Shown in pieces: positions 23,636 through 35,433 of a stretch of DNA of 64,000 nucleotides. Both the position numbers and the translations under genes were made by a program. Each line of letters begins with the position of its first letter. The first letter of the stretch is position 1. The DNA is taken from contig NC_058368.1 in assembly GCF_018350175.1 (NCBI RefSeq), positions 42,224,001 through 42,288,000 of the forward strand, written 5' to 3'. The stretch comes from Felis catus. Its lineage: Eukaryota. The notes beneath the pieces are model-generated. The model worked only from the letters and a program-made list of their open reading frames with translations, was not told the DNA's origin and ran no database searches.

Positions 23636-25569
23636 TTGGGACAAATCCTAGGAAATCAATTTTCTGAATTTTGGTTTTCCAAAACAAAACATATGACTAA
23701 GCACATTCTGAAACTGACTTATTGGGATAATATCTAATAATAATAATAACAACAATAAAGCCACTGTATGAACTATGTGACATAGACAATTTCCAGGGAG
23801 CCTAAACACTATAGGATATTATAGAAAATTATAATACAAAAAGTGCTTTGCAGTATTATAGGAAATTATAGTGCAGACATTCTGCATTTTTATTTCTCAT
23901 TTTCATGGTAACAGTGGAAACATTTCCAACATTCTTTGGTCATTGAGCCACCAATTTTCCAGCCTAACTCAGTGCACCTTCCTCCCTCAGAAAGCAGGAC
24001 TAGAAAGAAAAGCAGATATTAGGTGCTTTGAAACAAGATCAACTTAGGTCTGAATTCTATGTAGTTTTCTTTTTTTTTGTCATAGTTGAAGCCACTTCAT
24101 TAAAAAAGTGATTATAAATTATTTACTATCAATATCTCATCATATCACTACCAATGCACACTTAAGATATTTCTTTAATTTATATTTAACTCTACCCAAA
24201 ATTGGTGAGCAAACTGTTTTACTCTAGAGCCAACCCTGCATATTCTTTCCTGCCTACAAAATTTCTCATGCGATGCTCTCTCTCCCAATAATCAGTAGGC
24301 CCCCTTTCGTATTTTGCAGGTGGCTGGCCTGCACTGCTTGTTTGTTTGTGTTTCAGAAGTTAAACTGTGAGCATTAATCAGATCTGAGAGTGTTTTATTT
24401 TGCGTGTTGTTTTAAAAATGCAAATACACTTGAAAGCGGCCCAATTGCTTGGAAAGTACCAAAAAAGAACAGTTACTGAACAAAAGTGCTAAGGAAGAAA
24501 CCCAACACATGTTCTCAATCACTTTGTCATGGTGGAAAGTTGGAAAAAGGACAAGAGGTGCCGAACAGGAACAAATACAAGATTTTAAAAGCAAATCTTT
24601 CCTTCAGATTGAGTTTTGCAAATATGTTAAAAATTGAATGTATGTATCACTAAAACAGAACTTTAACACATTTTTTTATCCCTTTACTTTTATTCTTTTC
24701 CTAAAAATATATTGTCTAAATAGTTTCAGATCATGGTAAAGGATTTTAGGGTCAATTTTTAAGTGTAATTAAAATAATTTATCCTTAAGCAAGTTACAGG
24801 CACATTATGATCCTTGTGCTTATTATCCTCATTAATGATTACTTCAGGTGGATGGGTGTATTTGCCTCACAAAAGAATACTAATAACATATTAATAGAGC
24901 ATTCAATCCCAGAATGATGTAGTCTTTATTTATGTATGTAGTCAATTTTTTTTCTTTACAATTTTAACCATTTCCTTATGTGCTGTTACAAATTGCTATG
25001 ATTTCTATTACCAAAAGGACTCAATGGTTTTGAGTGATTAGAACCTATTGGGAAAAAATGATGTCTTTTGGTCTTTATTAGCTTTTTTTTTACAGGGGCA
25101 GCTTTAATTCTTTGACTTTTTCATAGGTCAGAAGCATCAGTCAATATAGAGTAGATCATTTTCAGTGGGTCTCTGCTAAGACAAGCCACAAAGTATTTTC
25201 CCTATCACTTAGGGATGCCTGATGAACATAACATAGGATGAGTTAGGAGCGTCCATTTCTTTTTCAAAATACTATTATTATAAAGGCTCTCCAGTGTGGT
25301 AGACATTATTTTCATATTATGTTTCTTCCAAGTTGCTTCTAAACTCTTGAAATACAGCAACTGTATCTGGAACACACATGTAGCAATGTCAACTGGTTGA
25401 GTTTTTAAAAAGATATATTTTTTTAAAATGTATACCTTATCTGTTGTCAAACAATCATTTGAACCAGAAATTTATATGGTCTAATGAAGAATTAAAGATT
25501 ATCGCTAAGTTGTACGGTATCAAATTCATTCATTTAGTACAAATTTTCAGTTAAAAGTGGGCCTTTACT

Positions 25570-25787
25570 GGGGCGCCTGGGTAGCTCAATCCATTATATG
25601 CCTGACTTCAGCTCAGGTCATGATCTCATAGTTCGTGGGTTGGATCCCCACATCAGGCTCTGTGCTGACAGCTCAGAGCCTGGAGCCTGCTTTGTATTCT
25701 GTGTCTCCCTCTCTCTCTGCCCCTCCCCTGATCATGCTCTGTTTCTCTCAAAAATAAATAAAAGTTAAAAAAATTAATCAATAAATA
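25570..25787 (+). mobile_element. CanSINE (first of a tandem pair)
   Basis: ggggcgcctgggtagctca head, full body and A-rich tail. Confidence 0.94.
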
Positions 25788-26010
25788 GGGGTGCCTGGGT
25801 GGCTGAGTCGGTTGAGTGTTCAATTTCAGTTCAGGTCATGATCTTGTGGTTCATGAGTTCAAGCCCCTCATCAGGCTCTGTGCTGACAGCTCAGAGCTTG
25901 GAGCCTCCTTCAGATTCTCTCCCTCTCTCTCTGCATCTCCCCTGCTCACACTCTGTCTTTCTCTGTCTCTCAAAAAAATAGTGAATATTAAAAATATAAA
26001 AGTATAAAAA
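25788..26010 (+). mobile_element. CanSINE (second of a tandem pair)
   Basis: ggggtgcctgggtggctgagtcgg head directly after the first tail; gtgggcctt repeat flanks the pair. Confidence 0.93.
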
Positions 26011-27289
26011 GGTGGGCCTTATTAATTATTTCCATTACTAAGTATAAAAATATAGAAGATAGAAGGTGTGGAGTAGATTGCTTTGTTATGATGAGAAGAA
26101 AGAGAAACCAGAACACTGAAAGAAGAAAAGGCAGGAATAAATGTTACATGAGATACATTTGGAATATTTGTTTTATGAGAATCTGTTTCTATTTCATCAT
26201 TTCTATAGGTATCACTATGTGGGGCAAATATATAATCTTCGGGAAAAAACTTGCTAACATTTATATTAACACCACCACTCTGCAGTAGGGAGGTATACTA
26301 AATTTCTGACATTTCTAAACCCAGCAAGCAAAACACAGTCATTCTAAGACAATGGATGTTAATATTAGAAATCCAAAAGCTAGATCTGTATGGTTCTCAA
26401 ACTGTTTATGGTAATGATCAAATCAGTTTCTTGTGCTGCATTTTTTGTATTCACCACTTAATAAGACTGAATTGTTATCCTGGTTTTATTTTTTAGGCCT
26501 TTTATTCTGAAACTCACACAAGAAGAAAGAGCAAACCAAAAGATAAGTGATCATTTTCTTGTTAGTGGTTATCTCCCAGACCCTGAGGATTCATCATAAA
26601 GAAAGTGTTACTCATGGTTGGTCTTCATTTAAGTTAAAATCCCATTAAACTATTTCCCAATTTCTATTGAGGCACATACCTAATGATTATTAATGTTCTT
26701 TCTGGTGATGTTTATGAATGCGGAACCAGGGAATAATTTGTCTCAATAAGAAAAACTAAGACTGTAGAATGATCTTTAGGTATCTAAATATTTAAAATAC
26801 CTCATTGCTATCTTTAAGTAATATTTTCTCCCTTTAGGGAGCCTGTAGAGTACAATGTTGAGTAACTGAATAGTATATGATTTAATATTTTTGTATGAAT
26901 CATAAAATGTAAAAGACAAAGCAGAAGCATGGATGTGTGATGAGAAGAGTTACAATTTCAAAAAGTTTAGAAACATGAAATGTGCTGAATAATTGAAAGT
27001 TGCTGAATAACTGAAAGTTAGGAGAAAAGTAATTGTTAAGCATGCTATTAAAAAAAATCCATAATGTGTGATCATAGATGTATATCAAGCTATCATCTAT
27101 CTTTGTTGACTTGAATTTTGCTATTGTTGAAAAGTAAGTCTTTCAAAATCATTGGTAATGTAAATCCGTAGGAGTCAAGTAAAGCACATTGACATGAACA
27201 TTTTCTGCCTCTACAAAGTATAATCAACCTTTTGAAACTATCCAAATATTAGTATTTATTCTTTCATTTTTCCTTTTGAAATCATATTA

Positions 27290-27510
27290 AGGGCACCTGG
27301 GTGGTTAGGTGTCTGACTCTTGATTTAGACTCAGGTGATGATCTCACGGTTTGTGGGTTCAAGCTTTGAGTTAGGCTCTGCACTGGCAGCATGGAGCCTG
27401 CGTGGGATTCTCTCTGTCTCTCTGCCCCTCCCCCACTGAGTGTGTGCACACGTGTTCTTTCCCTTTCTCTCAAAATAAATAAATAAACTTTAAAAAATAA
27501 AAAATAAATA
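27290..27510 (+). mobile_element. CanSINE, older subfamily with small 5' deletion
   Basis: gggcacctgggtggttagg...ggagcctgcgtgggattctctc; degenerate TSD aaatcatattaa / aaatcagttattaa. Confidence 0.92.
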
Positions 27511-28904
27511 AAATCAGTTATTAAAAGTCTGTAGTTATTTTTGTGAGTTGCTGAATAAATGTGGATTTCAATTAATTTGATTCTGATTAATTAAAAGTTT
27601 ATAGTATGTAGCCAGTCACATATATATAATTGATAGTTAAAATGTACATTATTTAAATAATAAATTAGCTAAAGTTAAAGTCACTCTCTAAATAGGTCTC
27701 CTAGACTGGTTTACTGTCATAACATAAATGCCCAAACATAATGAGTGATTCAAATTTCACTGATATACTATGACATTTGACAGTTAATAATGGGTTCCTG
27801 AAACTGCTGCTAAAATGTAATATGCAGTACAAATTTAGCATGGCTAGATTCAATATTAGTCTATGAAGATAACAGTACAACGGGGCAAATTAGGTAATTT
27901 TACCATGACAAAATACTATAATTAGTTTTATAATTACATTTATTTACATGGCAAATTTCAATAACACTAACTGGTTTTCAATTCATCGTCAAAATTTTTA
28001 TAGTAGATAATATACAATTATATGAAATACTACAATCATTTAAATTATTGGTTGAGGTTTTCATATTCTCTTAACAGAGGCATTTACCCAAATATACCAA
28101 CATACCTTCCTTTCACATATTTTTAACAAATGTTTGAGGAATACCAACCTTGTGCAAGAAAAAAAATAATTCAGAACTATAGGAACAAAAATGTGTTGAG
28201 TGTTCTGTAGATGGTATTTATACTAGTTTTCTGTCACGTTATGAGTTACAAACATTACAGACATGAATCCTGTGATTCAGACTGAATAAGGGCCAAAGAT
28301 AGATACTGGGCGACTGCAGTGTGCATGCGAAATAAACTTGCTGTTACAGACAATGATTTGAAGACATATGGTATAAGGGTATATGGCAGAAGTTGACTGG
28401 CTCCAGGTGATAACTTCTGTTCACTTCAAGGAGAAGCTGGAAAAATACAGTTTCCACCTGATTTAGTGAACAGGTATTTATTACATGTCTACCATGTACC
28501 AGGCACCATGTTAAGAAGTGCAGAGTTTTAAAACATGAGAAAAAAAACTGGCTCTTTTAAAAAATGTATAAACTGTGTGATTACAGAGCTCTAAGTCAAC
28601 TGACTACACACTAAATTTAAGATTCAATCAAGCCACACAAAATTTTCATTTATGAGTTATTTGATGAAAGTAACCATAGACCGTGCACCTTTTCTAGGTC
28701 TACAATTGACAGTCATGATGAAAAGCTGCCCACCATAAGATGTCCTTCATCACAATTTCTGCTCTCTTACTGAAGATTGAACATTTAAGAGGGGATTCTC
28801 AGATGACAAAATTAATACTGAGTTTAACAGTTAGCAGCAGTAACAACAAAGAGAAGTTTTAAGAGCATCCTCGTCCTAACAGAGTCCCAATCATTATCAG
28901 TGTC

Positions 28905-29095
28905 CATAAAGTAACATTTACTGAAGGTCTACAATGAGCCAGATGCTGAATACATTATTTGTTGTATTTGTGCAGACTTTCAAGGGGGAAAAAATTGAAG
29001 CTTAGAGTGGTCAAATACATTGTTTAAAGTTTTACTTCTAGCACGCAATAGACATGGGATTTGAACACAGATTTCTTGGACTGTAAAGGCTGGAA
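28905..29095 (-). mobile_element. MIR
   Basis: aacatttactgaag...aaattgaagcttagagtggtcaaat...gggatttgaacacagat. Confidence 0.7.
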
Positions 29096-29320
29096 TTTCC
29101 CATTTCCATCCTGTTTACCTTCCCATCTATCTTGCTCATATGTTGTGCTCTAGTAGAAATATTTTGAACAATGATAATACTGTTACAGGAAACTGAGGAT
29201 TTATTCTGCATACCTACATATTTAGTTTTTATATAAGACATGTTATATTGACATTTTGCTGTTGGTCAAGTATTTGTTCATTCCACTTGAATTTACAAAA
29301 CCTTGTCAGCCTCCCCACCC

Positions 29321-29339
29321 TACACACATGCACACGCGT

Positions 29340-29372
<33 letters not shown>
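29321..29372 (+). repeat. Alternating purine-pyrimidine tract ending in (CA)16
   Basis: Direct reading. Confidence 0.95.
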
Positions 29373-29375
<3 letters not shown>

Positions 29376-29929
29376 AGACACATTCCTGTCACACTTTCCT
29401 TACTTTATTCACCATTGTTTCTCTGGTAACTAGAAGACTGAAGATAGATTATGGCCTCAAATTTCTGGATGGAAAGGAGGAAAAGTAGAGAAGGGAGGGT
29501 TGGGTCTATAGAGGGGAACTGAACTCCAGTTAAAACACAATTCTCTTTAATTCCTCTGTGAGCACAGAGGATAAGAAAAATAAACTGATCATCATGGTTT
29601 ACTGCTGGTTGTGAATTTGTTTCTTATTGCTTCAAAACTGGATTTTTGTGATAGTCTTGGTCATTCATCTTTCTGAATCAGGATTAGATATACTCTAATT
29701 CCTCTGTCCATACTGTGTTCAGAGTGGTCTTCTGCCATACCTGTATGCCCAAGTCACTATCAGCTTAAATTTCTTATTATTTATATTTACCATGTTATCT
29801 ACATTGATTATTGATATTGGTTATATATTGATCTGCCCTAGTACAATTTAGGTCTTTCAAGACTTAATTCCTGTCATTTTTATAAAATCAAACTTTTTTT
29901 GTTAATGCTATTTTATCTCTTTTTTTTCT

Positions 29930-30190
29930 ACATTTGTTATTCTTTTTGTCTGAAATAGTCTACCTTACCTTCCAGACACTGCCAGACCCTTCCAGACACA
30001 AGTCAAACTTTATCTCCCTTAAATGACTTCTTCAAGTCTCCTAATCAGAATGAGTGACAATTCTTTCTACACATACCTCTAGCATATTTGTAAAACAGTG
30101 TTTTGATTATTTTAACATGTCTATCTACTACCAGACTTTGAATTCTTATAAAATTATCTTAAAGTGCCAGATGTTGAAGATTCTCAATAA
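29930..30190 (+). mobile_element. L2 3' fragment
   Basis: cccttccagacacaagtcaaactttatctcc...tgtctatctactaccagactttgaattctt...ctcaataaa. Confidence 0.45.
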
Positions 30191-31119
30191 AAGACATATG
30201 GTAAAAACAGCGGTATGAACCAAATCTAAGGAAAGTATCAAAATTAATGATGTTGCTATTATAAATCTTTGATTTCAAGGGGTTGAAATATACCTTTCAC
30301 TATGTGTCACAACTATTTTACTATCAGACCTAGCCAAGTAAAATAAATTATATTCATCTCTTTAGTGATGATTCATATGGAAATTTCCATATTCATATGG
30401 AAACATAAAGATTTTGTTTGTTCATTTTTATCTCCAATGTTGGCCCACCCTTTTTGATTGTAGTTGTGATGAATAAAACTGAAATAATTTTAGCATATCT
30501 GGCCATACCCATGTCCCCAGAATATATCTAACAAGGCTATATTGTTTGGAAGAGCGTTAAGCATCTGGTAATTCCTTATAAAATCACATAGTCCTAGAAA
30601 AAAGATGGGTGTGGCAAATTAAAAACCCCACAAACAGTACAAAGATGAGTTAAATAAAAGAAAATAAGTTTTTAATCAAATATTTTATCTATATTAACAC
30701 TTCTAAAGATATTATTTCTTATTTTCTTCATATCAAATTCTTCAGTGAGGCCAAGTGAAAAGTATGTATGAAAGCCAATATAATTTCTAAGGATGGTTAT
30801 GAATCAAATTCATAAAACTTCAAGTTGAAGTGGGATTCAACTTGAAAGTCGTTAAAATTAAATAAATATGTTCAAATATATTGGCCAATATATTTTTTTC
30901 TACTCCTTTGTCTAGTTACAATCTACTTTAAGAATGTACTTTATGAAGTCAAAAATGTTTTTCACAATAATATCTGTAAACCTTGATATAGAGTGGTTGA
31001 AAGGATGATGATAACAGACTTAATAAATATAGAGATTTATGGTGCCATTTTCTATGGATGATTGTAGGAAGGAGGTACTTTCCAATTTCTAAATTTAGAA
31101 GTCTAAAAACTTGAGTTCT

Positions 31120-31335
31120 GGAGCGCCTGGGTAGCTTGGCCGGTTAAGAGACCTACTTCAGCTCAGGTCATGATCTCACGATTTGTGAGTTCAAGCCCCT
31201 CATCAGGCTCTGCGCTGATAGCTCAGAGCCTGGACCCCGGTTCAGATTCTGTGTCTCCCTCTCTCTGTTCCTCCCCCACTCATGCTCTGTCTCTCTTTCC
31301 TTCAAAAATAAACAAACATTAAAAAAATGTTTTTT
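31120..31335 (+). mobile_element. CanSINE
   Basis: Perfect TSD aacttgagttct (31108-31119 / 31336-31347). Confidence 0.95.
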
Positions 31336-34300
31336 AACTTGAGTTCTAACATCTACCATATTTATGTGTATATAGATACATTTTAAGGTTACCATTAAAA
31401 ATATATAATTATATAAAGCATTTCCTTTTTTCTATTTATTCTGAAAAAAAGAAACATCACCTTGATAAGAAAAAAAGTCAACTTAATCTATATCAGAACA
31501 GGATTCTCTTTTTGTAAACAACATTCATGAGTCACTCTACTTATTTTATGTTATTATGGCCTGCTATGAAATGTCACCATAATACCCATAAAATTTTTTT
31601 TAAAGTAGGAGGAATGCCATTTTCATATTTAAAATATGCATAAGCTATTTTCTCTCATTACTTCATTCTACATTTTAAGTATAGAGTCTTAAGCATTTAA
31701 AATGGAAGGAATAGTGAATGCCAAACAGTCCAATTTACCTTTTAACATGAGAGATGCATTTCCAAAGAAAGGAAGCTCATTACAAGCTATTCTGTTGTAG
31801 GACATTTTTCCTGGCTATAATTTTCCTTCTAATGTGGTAGGCTTTTTTCCTAATCTCCAGGCACTGGTCCATGAATGCCATAGATTTGGTTCATTTTATT
31901 TTCCCAGGATAATCTTTTTTAATATTTGGAGATATATAGAACATACACAGTTCCTTCTCCCACCCTCTCCCCCAGATTCCCAAGTCTTCTGGATGATATA
32001 TCATCCCTGGTTGAAACAGGAAATGGAGTCCAGACCACAACTGTCCAAGTTTACCTCCTTTGCATATACTTTCTGCTCTAGCAATGCATCTTTGAAAGTT
32101 TGGTGCCCAGAGTTGAAGGTAAAACTCTAAACAGGATTTGACTACCCCAATACAAGGTCAAATCATTACATTCATTGCACAGGCCCAGAATATTTCTTAA
32201 TCTGGTCCAAGAAAATATCACCATCTTTCAGAAACAATGTAAACCTACTAGATTACAATGAATTGTGATATGATGAATTTAACATTCCGAATCTTATCAC
32301 TTGACCCATTGCAAAGCTAGATCAAATGCATTTTCTAATTATATTCCTCTTCAGCTCTAATGCACATGTAGAATATCACACATAAAACAGTTAATTTTTT
32401 CTTCGTTATTCCAGTCACTTTGAAATTTTCTTCATCCTGATTCTGTCATCTACCTTTTATATTTTACTTCATACAACATGCAGATATGATAAACATACTT
32501 TCTGGATCTTAGTCAAAGTCAGTAATAATGTAAGGCTAGACTAAACTAGGATCAGAAGCAGTACCGTGTTGCATAACAATATGTGGAACTCTTTCAGCTT
32601 TACACAGCCATCACATGGAAATAATTATAATATAATGGAGCTGTCACAACTAAGAAAGATAAATGAGAATTCCTAGGGAAATATTTGGCTTAGAATAGGT
32701 GTTTGGTAAAATATACTTGGTATGATCCTTTTGAGGCCAAAACACTAAACAAGATTCATTTCACTGAATAACACTCATTTAACTGGGCATCTGGAGGTTT
32801 GAAGACTTCCCTAAGTATCCAATCCTCTATAAATTGTTGAAATTTTTCAAACTTTTAAAAGTTCATTAAATTATCTTTTTAACAGTATTTTATAGATGAG
32901 GAAATTAAGAGATTCCACATGCAAAAGTGTGCACACGTGTTTGTGTGTGAGAGAGAGGAAAGGAAGAGTCTATCAGAATTCTGGTATCTTTTGGAAAAAC
33001 AATGTTTCATAAGTACATGAAATAGAAAAATTAGCTTCAAGCCACTAACTAACATCTATTGTACCACCTACAGGGGCAGTATCAACATCTCCCCTAAAGG
33101 AGCTAGACTTGATTATAAAATTCTTTCAAATACCATGCCAGCGGCATTCAAACAGCAAGATGACTTTGATAATTCAAGTAGTGTAATTCAAACACATAGT
33201 TCATGAATGAGGGATTACAATATCACAACCCACTGTGTAAAAATCTGGTTACAGGGCTCTGTGTGTGTGTGAAAAATTAATTTCATATTAGATATAGATC
33301 CACATGCATTTTCTAACAAGTTATTTGGAATATTCAAGCATATGTTCTGCTTTTCTTCGTATGCGCTATGGTAGGAAATTGTGCACCATGCTGTTTAGTA
33401 AACATCAACACATTTGGATTCTCACTGAGTGCACATGATGCCAGATACTCAGAGCATACAAAGCAAGGGTGAGAGGCTGCTGGAAACATTTTCCTACTTT
33501 TCTACAGGAGGGAGTGTGGGCAGTTTCCATTCCAGTGTCTATTTCAGTGAAAAGAACTGCACTATGTATTTTTAAATGTCAACCAGAGAAAAGTTTCCAC
33601 ATACCATAAAAATCACATTTCACCAGGTCTTTTCTATATAATCCTGTATGTTTGTTATCTACGGTCCAAAAAGTAATCTGCCCCCAATTTATTTATAGTT
33701 TACTGCTATAGTTTAGTAGACATTAATCAATTCATTATCATTCATATGATGAGAAGACAGGAAAGCAGAATTTACAATGACAATATTTAATGCCTTGATG
33801 AATTGTCTTGGTAGTCAGCAATATCTATATTTATAATCCAAAGTCAACTTTTCTAACAAATAGACATATATTAGAATTGGTTGTCCTTCAAGAGAAAGGT
33901 ATGACTTCAGGATCTGACATGCTGCCTAATATGTAACATGTGTTTACAGTATTCAGGAAGAATGAAAGTATATATTCCGGGCCTCCTCACATTATATCAC
34001 TAACTCTAATAATGCATGAGTTCCAGTATAAACAGATATGAAAGGGCTCATTGGCCCTTTAGAATTTGTAAACATAGCTGTAAATTTAAAGTATGAATTC
34101 TCACAGTGTTTAGTAGTTGATAAAGTTATTTACTAAAATATTGCCAGGACTTACTTAAACCAATGACCAGAACTGATTAGACTTTGTACTGTGAATTAAA
34201 GTGGATACTATGCATCAAGAATCAGAGACTGGGGAAATAAAAAAATATATTACTCAATTACTGTGCATCTGTCTTTCTCAGTAAAAAAATGAAAGCATGA

Positions 34301-35057
34301 CAACAGATTAGATATTGAGTTGCTGCTGATTAAGAAAGAAAGCTCAGTGTAACAAATAACTTAGCCTTAGCAAGAGTGAAGTATATAAAAAAAGAAAATT
34401 ACAAAACATCAAGTTTTGTATTGTTAATTCAAATCTGACTCCTTCTCTAAATTCAAGTGCATGTCTCTGCTCTTCAGCATGTCAACAAAGAAACTAATGA
34501 ACTTAATTTTTAAAGGAGTGAATTAGGAGAAATTCAGTTTCTCTAGTGTTTGATATTACTTGATTTTTGTTTTTGTTTTATAGACAAGGGAATCAACGAT
34601 GATGATCTCTAGTCATGGTGTGTATAGCCTAATTAGCAGTCAAAATGAGATGAATAATAAAAAGAGGTTATTACGAACTATGTCAAAGAAATTACTTTTG
34701 AAATAAGTAGAGAAAAGAGACTTCCAAAGATCAAAATGTTTTAAATGTCACCAGGCAAGAAATGACTTTAAAGAAAAAGAAAAATTTGATAGTTTCACAT
34801 ATTCTATTTTTACCTAATATGATGATATTTTCTGATTTCTTAAAGTTATATTTCTTTGGAATACTGTCCTGAAATTCAGATTGCTTTTACCTCTTGGTAT
34901 TGGATTCTTCTTTGATACTGGAATAGGTTTATAATCTAAATATTAAAATAAAAACATCTCCCTCATAGATTTCATTGAGAAGATTAAATATGTATATGAA
35001 AGCTCCTAGCAATGTTTGATATTCAATGAATCTTGGCCACATTTAAATCTGAAAATA

Positions 35058-35274
35058 GGGGTGCCTGGGTGGCTCAGTCATTAAGTGTCCAGCTTCGGCT
35101 CAGGTCATGATCTCATGGTTCGTGAGTTCGAGCCCTGCGTCAGGCTCTGTTCTGACAGCTCAGAGCCTGGAGCCTACTTTTCAGATTCTCTGTCTCCCTC
35201 TCTCTGTTCTCCCCCACTCATGCTCTGTCTCTCTCTCAAAAATCAGTAACATTAAGAAATTAAAAAAAAAAAGG
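35058..35274 (+). mobile_element. CanSINE
   Basis: ggggtgcctgggtggctcagtc head; degenerate TSD aaatctgaaaata / aaattgaaaata. Confidence 0.94.
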
Positions 35275-35291
35275 AAATTGAAAATAATTGC

Positions 35292-35433
35292 TAAATGGTT
35301 GATGGGTATTAAGAAGGGCACTTGTGATGAGCGCTGGGTATTACATGTAAGTGATGAATCATTTTACTCCTGAAACTAATATTACACTATATGTTAACTA
35401 ACTAGAAATTAACTAAAAACTTGAAACAAAAAA
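35292..35433 (+). mobile_element. Short carnivore LINE-1 3' terminus
   Basis: gatgggtattaagaagggcacttgtgatgagcgctggg...tgatgaatca...actatatgttaactaactagaa; clearly related to the reverse complement of 18370-18490. Confidence 0.88.

Noticed and set aside
26983..27018. 18-bp tandem duplication tgctgaataa(t/c)tgaaagt
   Set aside because: Two units only; ordinary slippage, not an array.
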